Source: a virus (lineage: Duplodnaviria > Caudoviricetes). Taken from it: a stretch of 64,000 bases of DNA. Where the stretch lies: positions 1 to 64,000 of the IMG/VR virus record IMGVR_UViG_2974731290_000001; one strand, given 5' to 3'. The translations under genes were made by a program, and so were the position numbers. Below are positions 7,553-22,700 of this stretch, piece by piece; within the stretch, counting starts at the first letter, position 1, and each line of letters opens with the position of its first letter. Below the pieces are notes generated by a model. That model saw only the letters and a list, made by a program, of their open reading frames with translations, searched no databases and had not been told where the DNA came from.

Positions 7553-10500
7553 TTATTCTACATATGCATCGTCAGTTGCATAATCATCAATAGAAGTTTC
7601 ATCATTACTACTTTCGTAATCATCCATAGTTGCATAATCGTCAATATTATCATAAGATGGATATGATGTTTTAGTAGCTTTTATTGGTTTATATTGGTCT
7701 CCTAACATTTTCATCCACCAAGAATAGTTACGTGAATAAAACGAAGTATTTGCACTGACACCATTATATGTGAAAGATGAATGTAAATTATTAAGTACAC
7801 CTATTGTTTTCCATATTGATGCTTCAAGGTTTGTAAAACCTTTGTATTTTCCTTGCTTAATAATCTTGTCTCCATATGGTTCAAGACTAGACGGATCTTG
7901 TGTAAGTACAACAGATGGTATAGAATACCAAGATTTTATACCAGAAGACAATACTGTAGCAGAGTTTACAATTTCACCAACTGTATTTACATCCCATTGT
8001 TCTATAGCAGAATTGACGGTTCTTACATAAGAATTTCTAAACCATTCTTTATATAATTTAGATTGTATAACCTCTTTTGGGGTATAAATAGTTTCTTTTT
8101 GTGGATTAATTGGAGATACGTCTTTACACCAGTTATTTATAGAATCGTATGTGTATATCATAGCTAATACCATACCTATTTCTATTAATGTTTGTCTTAT
8201 AGCAAATTTTTCAACTTGAGAAAATTTACGTTTTACACCAGAACTAAATATATTTGTAATACCTCTTAGCATAACACCTAAAGATCTACCTAAGGCTTTT
8301 AATAATTCAGGTTCTGGCATACCTATAGAATAATTCCACGACATTCGTTTATTCTGTTGTTCAACAGTTCTATTTTTTATTTCATATGTCTTAATGTTTT
8401 TTATTCTTCCATTTACAACGTTTTCTTTATTTTTTTCTTCAACTTCTCTTACTGACACATCATCTCTACCAGCATATAATTCTTGAGATCGTTGTAACAT
8501 CCACGCACGCATTGAACCGATAAACTAACCCCACATTGTATTTTTATATTTAGGATTATCGTTATCTGGGTTTACACCATTAATTAACGCACCTCTTAAT
8601 AAAGTAATTCCTCTAATATTTTTCTTTATTCTTTCAGTAATATACTGTTCATATTCTGGTTTTATTTCAGCAAGACCGTGATTAAACTTGTATGCTCCAT
8701 ATAACGTAGTTCCACAACTCATATGTGCAAGGTTTGCTTTAAATTTAGATTTACCTGCTTTTAAGAACAACTACTACATTTCGTATTTAGTATAAAATCC
8801 TTTAGGTATTGTACTACCATCATAAAATCTATAATTATTCATAAAAGCTCTTAATAACGTAGCGTTTGTTACATAATCTAATGCTGAATATCCGCCCATT
8901 AACGATTGATTTAGTATTTTTATAAATCTATTAGTACCAACATTACTACTTGTTGCAGCATAATCTTTAGATATTCCGAATAACTACATTAAAGCGCTTT
9001 GTTTATTATTAGCTATAGGATTTCCTATGTTTATTAAGAATAATGGAAGATTTATCAATGTAGATATTAAAGACGTACTAAGATCTCTTAATGTAAAATA
9101 TCTACCTACTATACCGTCTTTTATTATATTTCTCGTTGAATCCATAAAACCTGCACTCATTGATAAAAAGTTTGCACCAAGCATTTGTAATGTAGATAAT
9201 CGTTTAATAGTACCTGCAATAATACGTGTTTTACTGTTTTTATATAAATTACCATATACGTGTGAATCCATCATACTGTCGTATTGTGATCTAAGATTTT
9301 TAGTATCATTTACGGTTTCTTCTCTATTATCTGGATTTTGTGCATAACGTAAAGCTTGTAATTTTGTCAATATATTACGTTTGTTTTTATAGTTAGAAGC
9401 CATATTTACGTACATCAATACAGCTGATGTAATATCATATGTATATTTTTCTCTATCTTTAAGTTTTCCTATAAATTTTAAAGGTATATTTTGATTTACA
9501 GTCTAGTCTGGACCTAAATATAAATCATCAGTAGACCTCTAGTCATAATCGTTTGTGTTGATATTTAAAAACTGCTCTCTTATATTATCTAATGCGCTTT
9601 TTGTACCTTTTTTAGTTGAACGTAATATACTTACAACATCAGATGCTTGTAATTTAGGTAATTGATAATTAAACTATTGATTATTAAACTCCATCCATTG
9701 CTGTGATTGCTACATTGACTATATTAACTATTCATATAATGTACGCATATTATTATCACTCATCATTTTATCATAAGTTTCGGAATTATCATAATAAAAT
9801 GAATTAGGTTGTTCGGATTGATTTTGATAAATATCATATTGTCCATTTATATATTTTGGATTTGATTTTTGTAAAAATCTACCTCTTGGTATTTCAATTA
9901 TAGAAAATTCAGCTTTACCATCTTTATTATTAAATATTTTATTTAACGGCTCTAAATAACTAAATATACTCAAAGGTTTTCTACTTTCAGTCATTAATCC
10001 AGTTTCAAAATCCTATTCAAGATATGTATATGTAAATAAATCTTTAAAGAACGTTCTTATGTCATTTTCACTCTATTGTGAAAAATCTATAGGATTTCCT
10101 TCATCATCATTTAATCCAGCTATATATCCATCATTTTGTGCGATCTATGTATAATGATCTACCATATATTGATAAAACGAAATAGCTTCATCTTCATTAA
10201 CAGTCTATTCTAAGTCTTCATTTAAATAATAACCCTGTTCATCTCTATATGGTATAGAATGCATGTAAAAATAATCTGAAAAATCATGTGTTTCTGTGTT
10301 GTGTTCACCACCATCTTCTATTATCTGATCTGTATTTTTACAATCTATCCAAAATTGTATATTATTCATCATGCGTCTAAGATCTGGTTCTAATCCGTCT
10401 CCTTTCACTGCAGATTTTAACATTCCACGTATTAATCTTGCATATATTACATCGTGAGATTCTGGGTTAATATCTTCAGCATCTTTAAAAATCATATTAA

Positions 10501-13500
10501 TTAGATTAGGATTTATACCTATAGTAGCATTATATTTTACAAATAATTGTAATGGTGTGAAATCTCCAGTTTTATTACATTCTTCTTCTATCTTTTTTCT
10601 TTCAGACTTATAACTATCATAATCTATATCTGAACTTATTTGATTACCAATCCATTTCTACCAAGCTTTAAGTTCGAATGCTATCTATCTATCTTCATCA
10701 GTTTTAATAGTACCATCTTCGTTGTATGCATTTGATAACTATTCTAGTTGATGATTCCACATATCAAGTTTTCTTTGGTCTTCTGGATCGGTAAGTCTTT
10801 CTGGGTATGAAAAACCAGTTTCTTTATCTTTACATTTATTTAGATAATAATTTATATTAGATTGTATAAGATTATATTTAGCTAGTGTTTTTGGAGATAA
10901 TCCATGACATTCTGATAACTATTTAGCTTCTACATTATCTGGATCTAACGATCCTTTATATGGCTAACTTAATCTTTCTTTATAATAATTGTATGTATAT
11001 CGTAAATTTGCATGCGTACATTTAAAGTCGTATAAAGCAAGTTGATATTCTACAATATGTGGCATCTTTCCATCTTCCCATTCCTCATCATCAGCAAACT
11101 GTTTAGTAACACTATTTATTAATTTACCTGTTACATCATCAGTTATATAATGAAATCCATATCTATTTTGAAAATCTTGATTTATACGCTCAACTTCTGC
11201 ATCTACATCTAATAAATATTGTCCATAATTAATAGGTCTTATGAAATATCCAGTTGGAACACCATTTCTATCAAATTCCATAAACTATTTTTGCCAATTA
11301 CGAGTAAGTTGTTTGCTAATTTTATTAGCTTTTTCATACGCATTTACTATCTTAGATCTTTCTTTATAACTTTCTTCTAAGGTTTTAGTTTCTGCATACT
11401 ATATTAAATTAAATGCAGCTTTTATTAATGGGCTTTGTGACCTCGCATTATTTGATGTATATTCATACCAAGTATTTATATCACCATACATTGCGTTTCT
11501 ATGTAAGTAATCTTTTAATACTTGTTTCATATCATCTTTAGTTGAATCTTCACTAGTAATAACTTCATTATCTACGATATCGTCCACTATTCTATCGGTA
11601 ACTACAACAAGAGCTTCTTTCCATAAGTTATATGCACTATCTATAGATGCTTCAACTTCCTTCTTTAAAGCTCTATTATTAGATGTCATATTTTTGTCAT
11701 CTACTGACGGTATTTCATTTTTAACAAGATTTGAATAAAACGCAATAGAATTTTGATACATTAATACTAATTCATCCGCTGTTATATTACTATATGGATT
11801 TTGTAACTGACTTTGTTGTTGTAAGAAACCTAATACTGTATTTTTAGCTGCATCTCCAGATAAATTATCAACAATACCTATATTCTATATAGCCATATTT
11901 AACGCTGTGTTGATAGCCAACTAATCATCCTATAACTACAATTCATTTATAGTTTCAAATATTTTATTTTGTATCTATTCACGTTTTGCAGATTTATTTG
12001 GAAGTTTCTTATAAGCTTTATATAATATAGAAAATTGTTTTTGTATTTTTGACTTAACTTCATTTTGTTGAGCTGTAGAATCAAATAATGTAGGAGCGTT
12101 TTCTTGATATACAATTTTTAATTTAAAGTCCTACGGGAACATTGACTACATAAGTAAATCCATGGCATCTTCATAAGCTGTATTTTTATGTACACCTATT
12201 GATAAGGCTATTTTTCTTATAACTTCATTAATAAAATTACGTACTCTTTGGAAGAATGTAGTGTCTTTCTTATCAACTTTAATTTGTTGTAATTTGTGAA
12301 CAAAGTTTATATTTGATAATTCTGCTAAGAATTCATATATATCAGATAATCCGTAATCTTTAGCATCTTCTCCTAAAGCTTTTTTAACTTCAGATAAAAG
12401 ATTTTCAAGCTTAGATTTTAATTCATCATTGCCATTTATAGTTTCTACAGTAACAGCATGTAATAATTCATGCATTATAGTCTATGTAAGACTATTTGAA
12501 TAGTTATTATCATTTCTAAATGTTGCGTAACTATTTATCTATACTACATGTCTGTATGCATCATATCTTGCAGCAGTATTTAGAGGTAGTGATGTAGTAA
12601 ACTCAAAAGAAATATGTTTACCTTTTAGTGCTTTTGCTATAGCGTCGGCTATAAAACGTTCATGAATACTTGTACCTCTTACGGCTTTTAATACCTCCCT
12701 CATTACAGCTTCAGTATCAGACTCGGAGAATGGAGAATTAGCGTTTTGTTTACCAAATATTATAGATTGCCACTGAGCAACATCTCTTTTTGACTTAGGT
12801 TCTGCATATATTGTAAGACGGTCTCGTTTTTTATCATATGAAAATTTAAGCCTAAAATGTGAAAACTTAGATTCAAATTCTTTTCTTATATCATTTTTTA
12901 TGCTTTCACGTCTTGATTTATCCATTTTATAATAACCAGTAGATAAATAGCGTTTCTTTTTATCTTCGATAAAATTATATATCTATTCTCTTTCCTGTTG
13001 ACTTATTACATCTTGTTCAGATTCATATATATTGTCGTTTTGTGTAGAAAAGGTACCTTTATTATCTGTAGCTGATTTAATTTGATTAGGATTAAATACT
13101 ATTCTTACATCTTGTCTAACAGTTGGTCCATCTATTACATTATTAAACAATACAGAGTCATATCCTTGTTCCTTAGCTTCTTTTATAATTTGTTCTCTAG
13201 TTATATACTCTTTATCAGAAACCTTGATAATATAAGGATTTTTAGAATTGAGGAAAACGTCATAAACACTAGATTTATATTCATTTCCTATATGAAATAG
13301 AAGTTTTAAATTTCCTAATACACTACCTGTTTCTTTTGAGTAATAATCTTTAGCTATTTTTCTTTTATTTGTAAAATAGAAACCAGACTTATCACCACTC
13401 ATAGACCCTATCTTATCAAGTTTAAAAGCATTGAATTGTTTAGCACTTCCATGATATACTACTAAAGGTTCACCATTTTCATCAACTACTTTGGATACAT

Positions 13501-13777
13501 CTGTTTTATCTTCTTTAGTCCAATCACCAAACCAATTTGTAAAATTAGATGTATATACCTTGGCTTTAGCTTTTAATGTTGCTTGTCTATCTCCATTATA
13601 GTTATCTAAAAGAGATTTAAATAGAATGGAATCGGCGCCATTAGGCGCCTTATCCAAACTATATCCATTATTCTTGTCCCAGAGGAAATAAGCAGCGTCC
13701 TCACCGAACAAACTTGTTAATTCGTCAAACTCTTGTTTGACTTTTTTATTACTTAAATTTGGGCAAAATGCATTCAT
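7553..13777 (-). CDS. large virion/ejected protein (~2,074 aa, TAG=Gln) with an N-terminal ADP-ribosyltransferase (ART-PolyVal-like) domain and a zincin-like HExxH domain
   Basis: Ten track ORFs share one frame and are split by TAG, with a final TAA at 7553. ART motifs VVDENGEPLVVYHGS/GFYFT/VFNPNQIKSAT; peptidase motifs HELLH ... YEFLAE. Confidence 0.8.
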
Positions 13778-16700
13778 TATTTACCTCCTTTACAATGATT
13801 TTTAATTTCTTGTGCTTTTTTCATATCTCCATCTGACATACCTAATTCTTTTAAGAAATCAGTTTGACGAGTATCTTCTACAGTATCTGTTATTGTTATT
13901 TTATTACTTAAATCAATTGGACCAATTACAGTAGGATTTAAGTCATATATAGGATACTCAAATATTCTATCTAATGCTTCTCTCTGTTTGTAATTCAAAG
14001 ATTCCATAAAACCTAATATTTTTATTAAAGGATTTGGAATTTCCATAGTTTTTTCTTTTTCACCTTCTTGGATATCATAATTATTTTCAATATCGGAAAT
14101 AATTTCTCCTGTCAAACGTTTTACCTTCTTTGCAAAATCACCATAAAAATAATCTTCACTTACTATTGTAATTCCAGTATTTCCAAGTTTCTACATTTCA
14201 TCAAGGAATTTACTTGTTTTATACAATAAGTTTAATACATCTTTTTCATTCATCTAAGATATTAGATATTCATCGTTTATTTCTATGTGTAATTCTTGAA
14301 CGGCATGTTTGATATTATTATTACCCAATATATTCGTAGTTTGATCATTAATATCAAACCACTTTTCTATCTGCTTTAACGCCTAATTATAATTCTTAGG
14401 TAATTTATTAGTAGATGAAGTAGGGTTAGATCCATTATCTATAGTATTATATAATTCTTGTACTTTTTGCTTCAAATAATTATATAATTTAGGAGTTCTT
14501 GTTATAGATATATTAGATATATTTGAATTGAAGAAAGCATCACCATCTCCTACAATAAGTTTTTTATACTTTCCTGTATTCCATTCTTTTATTATATCGT
14601 CAATCTCTTGGTTTATTACTTTCTTAAATTCTTCTATGTCGGCATCTATCCATACGCCATTCTTACCTTTTTTACCATAATGATACCAATGTTGTGTACT
14701 TAGCGGCATAGCATTATCAAGACCTCTTATAACAGCTTGAGTAACTTTTGGATAATGTTTACCCTATCCATATTTTTTAGCATATTTAGAATTTGGATCT
14801 ATTACTTCACGACCACTGTCTCTATCCGTATTATCTGTAAATATATACAAATAATCTGGATGATTTTCAACTTCCTTTCTAGACCAGTTACCTACATGCT
14901 ACTCAATCTTAATAGAATCAGTATCTGGAAGTAATGATTTAAATTCTTCTCTAAGTTTCGTTAGTAATCTACTAAATCTTCCATTATCTTGTTCGATTCC
15001 TTGTTGATTTTTATGTGTAATAACAGAATCACCAGTGTTAGTTAAATCTTTTCTAGCTTCTTGATTTTGCTCAAATGACATCCGCATAAATATTTCAAGT
15101 ATTTTGTCAGAATTATTATTCCACTCATTTATATTTAAGTTAGAAATATTTCTTCCTATATTTCTTGCTGTAGATCCAGCAGCCGTTTTAAGTTTATTTA
15201 CAACAGACATTCCCTCTTCAGTTAATTTTATAACCTTTCCATTATGGTCTCTAATGACGTATTTATTACCATTTGTATAATATAACTTAGCTGCCTAGAA
15301 AGCACCTTCTACAGTATTAAATGTTCCTAAATTTGTTTCAAATGGTCTATTTGCAAAATTACTTAAATTTACATTTTCACCAGTTCCACTATATACATTT
15401 ATGTCATTTCTATTTATATTAGAAGAACTATTATTGTCTGTACTAGTTTCAACATTAGATAACTCAGCCTAAGTCTTATTAAATACATCTTCAATTGCTT
15501 TCAAAGCAACTTTAGATTTATCATCTCCAACATACTGTTCACGTTCAACCCACTTGCCATCTTTATATATATTATATTTTTGTATATCTCTTGTACCAAC
15601 TCCTGCAAAATTCTTAGTGAGTACAGGTGTAGATTCCTCTTCAAATACCTTAGATTCTGGATTGTATTTATACCACTTTTCGCTATTTAAATCGAATACA
15701 TGCGTAGGTTTATTAAGAGATATACCTAATTGTACTGCAGTATTTGTACCTCCAGATACGCCATTTTTAGCAGAATTCATAGAAGCTATCGCAAACACAC
15801 CATCTGAAGATGCTACCTAATAGAAATTACGTACTTGCAAATTTCCTTGCAATGTGTTGTCATAGTATTTTCCAAGAAGCTCACGTTCTCTACGTCTAGC
15901 ATATTCCATCTATTCTTTAGATAATACAGTAGCTTTAACGCCACGCTTATTCAAAGAACTAGATAATACTTGATTTCCTTGGTCTCTATAATGATTTATT
16001 TGTTTTACACCAGCATTTCTTGCATAGAAATCCCAAGCCGTATCAGCACCATATGCACCACCTGAATGCATTACAATTTCACTCATGGAATTATAACCTA
16101 ATTTTGATTCCTTCTTAGTAACAGGAACTGTTGGTGTAACCACGTCATTCTATTGATCATATTTAGAATCATTGATAGATTGTATAATCTCTTGATACAT
16201 CTAATTAGGTAATGCATTTTTATGTTCAGAAATAAAACCGAATAATCGATTAGTAATTGTTTCTGTATCTATTGTTGATAAATTCTTAGAATAGTTTTCA
16301 ACATATTTAAAATCCCAACCATATTCATAGATCTTCTGTTTATGTCCAGAATCAAATCCTGCTTTTTTAATTTTAATATACATAGATGCAGTTGACTCGT
16401 TCTTTTTTCCTACACCTCCAATTGGTGTAACTAATTTGTATATATTAAAATTAGAAGCATTATTTCCACGACTTCCAGGTACTCTTGTTGTTATATATAA
16501 AGGTGGTTTAACGTCATTAGCGGTTCTTATTATTAATGCCTAATCGGTATTATAAAGTATATTACGTTCTCCATCTGCATTCTTTTCAGCTAATCTTCTT
16601 GAGAATGTATAATCTTGGAAATTATTTCTAGCTAATTCATCTAAGTCTATATATTTATCAAAATCGTTTTTCGATAATATATTTTGTACATAACTAGCCA

Positions 16701-19700
16701 TACTTTCACCATAAGCAGTATCAATCTCACCTCTTATCCATGCTGGTGGAACATACTTAAACAAATTATTCCATCCCGCATATTCTCCAGAAGTCATATA
16801 AGCATATACTATAAGATCTCTTGCAAATTGTCTTACAACCTTATCTTCATCTAATAATAAATCCTGCCATGCATCTATTAACATATCAGAGTTCATAGAA
16901 TTGTCTCCTACTCTATCTGCTATAGCTATGAAAGAAGGTCTTTCATATCGTTTACCGTTTACTAACACAGGTTCCTATTCCTAAGCTGAATATATCTATT
17001 GTATTAACATGTTATCTGCAAGTCGCTTATACTAATCCATTGTTCGTATAGCAGTATTCAACATATTTAATCTATGTGCCATAGAATATTTTCCAACAAA
17101 CAATTCAGATATTTGTTTATCTGTCTTACCTAAATATTCTTTAGCATATTTTGCTATATATTTACACTTTATTTGTGTTTGAACAGCTTTACTTATAGCT
17201 TCTAGTTTCTTAACGTTTATAGATTCTTGTTCTGGATTAAGTTGATTATACAATTCTGTTATTTCATGTATGAATACACTATTACCGTTGAACGTTTGTC
17301 CTTTTAATATAACAAACGGTAAAGAACAAGCGTAATCTGTTTTTGATTTAATCCATGATTCTTCAGCTAATCTATGTAAAGAGTCTTCGTCCCATAATGA
17401 TTTTTCAGAATCACCATAAAATAATTTATTAAAATCCTATCTGTATTTATATATAGCTAAGAATGATTTACCTTGTTTCTTTGTATCAATCTTTGTTTTT
17501 TGTACAAGATTACCAAGTGCTATAGAATATCTTTCAAGTGTTTTCCATGCATAGAATACATCTCGTTGAATATCCGAAACATTATATACCTAGTTATCTA
17601 CAGTAACTGTACTCTATCCAGGATGCGTAGCTATTGCCTTTAATACATTCATTTTAGATTTTATAATATCTACAGCACGGAGTTGGTCTGCAGTATTATT
17701 TTTATCACCTGTAGTATATCTACTTATTACAGATTCATTAACATCTTCTGGACTTAGCCACTTTAATACAGCATTTGTTATAGCTTCTTTCTGAGCACTA
17801 TATACTGTTTTAAACTTATTAGGATCTCTCATAAACTCACTATTAGCAGAATTACTAGCATTAGCCATATCACGTATAATAGGCTATGATAAGAACCATA
17901 ATGCAGATTCTCCGAATCCACTTCTTATCAACAAGTTAGACATATTATATGTAAACTGATTAATGTTCATTTTACTAATATATGGATCTTTTACAATATC
18001 CACGTGAGCATTAATGAATGCAGAAATCCAAGATGCTATATAATTATATTGATCATCAACAAGTTTATCAAAATTACATATTCCACTTTCTTCTGTAAAC
18101 TTTGTCTTCTTAAATGATACATTAAAACATCTTGTTAATTCTTGATTAGTAACGTTTAGAGCATAAGGACCTATACCAAATTTACCTGTTATATAATCAT
18201 TTCTACGTATAACCTGTTCGTGTAATGATCCAAAGTTATATACTCTAGACTTATTAGAACCTTGTTCTGGAATCTAATCTGCTATATCTGTAAGTAATTC
18301 AGTATCATTATCAATAGATTTATACAAAGAATGTATAGAATTTTCAGTATCCTTAAGTAATGTCATCATTTGATTCAATATATTATTCTGATGATATTCA
18401 GCACTATCTAGATCAAATTGATCATGTGATACCATCTTTCCATCTTCAGACTTTTTATAATTAAATGATGCTAAATAAAGGTGGTCAATATCGAAATCCG
18501 AACCAGTTATTTTTGTAAATTCTTCAGGTAATATTATAGTAGACTTAACTGCAGAAATAACATCAACAAAACGTAATGCATGTATAGATGATTGTGCCTG
18601 AGTAGGAATACGATATCCTATAGTATTAGCTTTAGCTTCACTACCAATAATATTATTATCTATTAACCATTGTCTAGCTTCATTAAACGATAATCCTTTT
18701 GGTAATATATTTTCAAAATAATCAATAGATATAACAGCATCCATACTATGATCTTCATTAATCATTTGAAGTTTTTTACCACCATTTATAGTTGGTGACA
18801 TTGTAGCATCTGATTGTATAGCTCCATCTTGTGTAGAAGAACCTTCAATTGCGAATACAGATCTCTGTACAAATGAATTACCTGGAGTAATTATGTCAAT
18901 TATTCTCTTATTTAAAGAAGATATTAATATACTTTCAATCCAACTTGAATCAGACGTAGCTGCAATAGGTGCTTTAAAATTACCTTTTTCGTCAACCTGT
19001 AAAGCTTCTATAAGACCTTTATTGGCATTTCTAGAAGACATCTAACTTATTAAATATCTACTAAGTTTCTTATTGTCGACATTTCCAAATTCGTCAATTC
19101 CAAATTCATCTTTCACGCCTTTATATCCAAGTTCAGTAAGTTTATTTATACTATCCATTAAAGAACTGAGAATCTACTTACCTGATACTTGTTTACCAGT
19201 AACATTATCAACATAATTTATTCTATTAAGACGTAAATTCTATAGTACAACTTTAACCATCTGTGTACCTATTGCTGTAGTTTCACCTTCTTCTGGATCA
19301 GTATTCTACTGTCTACGTAAGAAACCGTAATCCTGTTCATATACATTAAATGGCTCGTTTATAGTAGTTCCGTTATATTTTACAGCTCCCTATGAACCTA
19401 CTTTAACGGCTGATGTCATAAATAACATATCTACCTTTTCATTCAACATCTTATCGTATATTCCAGACATATGTCCAGTAGCGATACATGGGAATAATGG
19501 GAATAAAGCAAACTTGTTATAATACGATACTGCTACATCTGATTGATCTTCACCATTTAGTGTGTGATTTCTAAATCCATAGGCAGTATATTTAGTAGAA
19601 ACTATATTTACAGTTTCATAGATATCTTTATAGGCTTCTGATTTATCCATCCAGTTATACTTATCTTTACTTCTAAGTATATCGAAAGCTTTCTTAACTC

Positions 19701-22700
19701 TTCCAGTAAGTGCTCCACGTAGACGTAATAAGTTTTCACACATCTAATCTGTAATATATGCAGCACCGTCGGCTACGTTTATATCTTTAGTATATGCACC
19801 AAAGAACTATTGTCCTTTTTCTTTAGCTTTAATTAAAGCATTTTTATCTTGTTCAGACAATGATTCATCAGACAATATTTCATCAATAGACATATTATAC
19901 GCATCTACATAATTATCTTTAATTATAGCATACATATCACGTATAGCATTGTCAGTAAACATGTTTTCAAGTCTATTAAATATATCGGATGATGATTTTA
20001 CCTCATAATCTTTACATTCGGCACATCTGTACGAAGATTTCATATTCGGCAAGTTTTCAATATTATCGTCTCCGGTAGAAACCATACCACCAATACGTTT
20101 TTGGATATCAAATGTACTATCTTTAATATGATCACCTTCATATGCAACTTTAAACATTGCAGGATGTCCACTAAAACATCTTTGAACTTCTTGTGAAGCT
20201 ATTATCGATTTTGTGGTAGCATCACTTAATATCGAAGCAATTGCTAATCCTTTACATACATTAAGTCTTGCTTGTTTTTTAGGTCCGTTAGGTAGATTAT
20301 TCCATGCAGGAATAGATTCCATTATCTTGTTTGTTATATGTTCGATCTAATTTTGATTAAACATATATGTATCAAGATTTGAAAAACTCTAAGATTCTTC
20401 GGATATTAATATTTTATCTTGTTTTGTTTGTAAATTATATTCATTTATATTTCTTCTTGTGACAAGACCCAGATCTATTGCGTTCTGTACTTCAAGTTGA
20501 TATTGTATATTAAGCGTATACGCCATAGTTTTACGCTGTCTTTCTAAGAATTGTTCATCAGTTTCTCCGTCACGCTTTTCAAACAACCATTCATTTGCAA
20601 GTTTTAGCATTTCCTCACTTGACTTTGTAGGATCATTTAGATTTATTGTCTTTAAATTACCATCTTTATCAAGCATAGGTTCGCCGGTCTTTTTATCCAA
20701 TTGAACTATTTCGGTTAATGACAAGAATCTAGTTCCATTAGGTTCTACTGAACCATTTTTAGTATGATAATTTTTAATATAAGCTTCCTTTGGCAATACT
20801 TTTCTACCTTGTTTTTCATAACCTGGAATATTATCATAACCAAGATCCTCCATACATTGTTGTATAGCAAGTCTTTCTCCTTTGGCATATTCTAGCATTT
20901 GATCAAGTACCTAGTTAGATGGACGTATATACGGAGTAGTTCCATACCACATAAATGTTGGAACGTTTGTTACATCACCTGATTCGTTATACACCATGCC
21001 TGGTAATTCTATACCCGATAAACACATCCAAGTACCTTTATCAGCAAGTGTTGGGAATACTAAATAACCTTGTTGTGTCATGGCTATTTTTGCCATATAA
21101 TCATCAACAATAGGTTCTTGTTTATATTCTGTTCCACCGTCACCTTTATTATCTGTTTTAGATCCGACATATATGTGTGTACTTATATTACACTTTCCAT
21201 TATTAATGTTTTTAAGTATGATAGATCCAGAATCAAAACCAGAAGTATTAGTTATATTATAACCAAATTTCATTAATGTTCTAACAATTGGATTGTTTTT
21301 GTCGTTGGTATTCAACGCATTTACAATATGTGAAATACTGTTATTTTGTGATACAGCATGTAACTTTTTACCATTTAAACCAAGTGCCATAGCTTCTATA
21401 GTATTTCTATTATAAATACCTTGCTGATTTCCAAGTTCTTTTACAAAACCGTTATCAGTATATGCCTTATTTAAAACATCTTCATTTATATTACCTTTTA
21501 CATCTACAAAATTATATAATCTATCTATAAATGTAGAAATACTTACTTCACCTTTATCTGTAAGTAATCTTTCCAATGCATCAACACCTGTTCCATTGTA
21601 CTTATTAGATAACATACTGTTTAACGCATCTTTTGAGAATATTATACCTATTGTATTTAATTTATCTATAAATGATCTCTTTATATCTTCTATGTCATCA
21701 AAAATAGATTTGTTATATTCAATTCCATCTAATTCAAACGTTTGGTTTGCAGAAGTTAATCCTTCACGAAGTTTTTCAATAAATCCAGCAGTTCTACTAA
21801 ATATATCTTTATTTTCTGAACCTCCCATTCCTTCATTGAATATTAAATGACCGTTTTTATCTCTTTCACGTTTAAATACAGAAACTTGTCCAGATATCAA
21901 GAATTGTGTCCATTGTTTTGAATACATTCTTCTATCTCTATCAAGAGAACTACTTCCAACTTTTATCTCTTTACCGTTTTCTTGTTTCCTAGATATAGAT
22001 GTAATAAAGTCTATCTTTAAACCTCTTAATGCACATAAAATAGACGCACAATATGATTCCGCATTATAGTTAATTTTAACACTATCATCTTGATTATGTT
22101 TGTAACACTGTTCATATAAATTATGAAATTTATTATATATGTACTTGTACATTTCTTTTGTTTCAGATAATCTCTTAAGTTCTTTATCCAAATCCTGTAG
22201 CGAAGAACAGAAATGAAGATCATTTACGAGAGTATTAAATACTTCTGTCATCGGCATGAATGTCGGAGATAAGAACTTATTCTTAGATAAATCGTAATCA
22301 AGAATTTTATTTCCGTCTTCATCATTATTATATCTTACATAAGGTATGGTAGATAAAAAGAATTTAACACTTTCTGGTAAAGTATCAAGTTTAGATGTTT
22401 CATAAGATGATTTATCATATTGATCTATGTTTTTGCTCATAGCTTTTTCGGTATCATCATCAATATTTTCATCAGAAACAACATCTTCTATTTTTCCAGA
22501 ATATGCTGTAATAGTAGATTCTATGTATTCATTTATTTTATCAAGTAGTACATCTAATTTTGGATAAACTTTTGTAAAACCTACTATCTTTCTTTTTTTA
22601 TCTAATATCGATTTATTTTCTGACTGAAATACTTCTTTAAATGCTCTATGTATATTATCAATTTCAGAATCATCAAGATGATTTCCGCATAACTCATCAA

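Noticed and set aside
7555-7650. Repeated IDDYAT motif at the C-terminus of the 2,074-aa protein
   Set aside because: A short duplication in an acidic low-complexity tail, with nothing to support a separate function.
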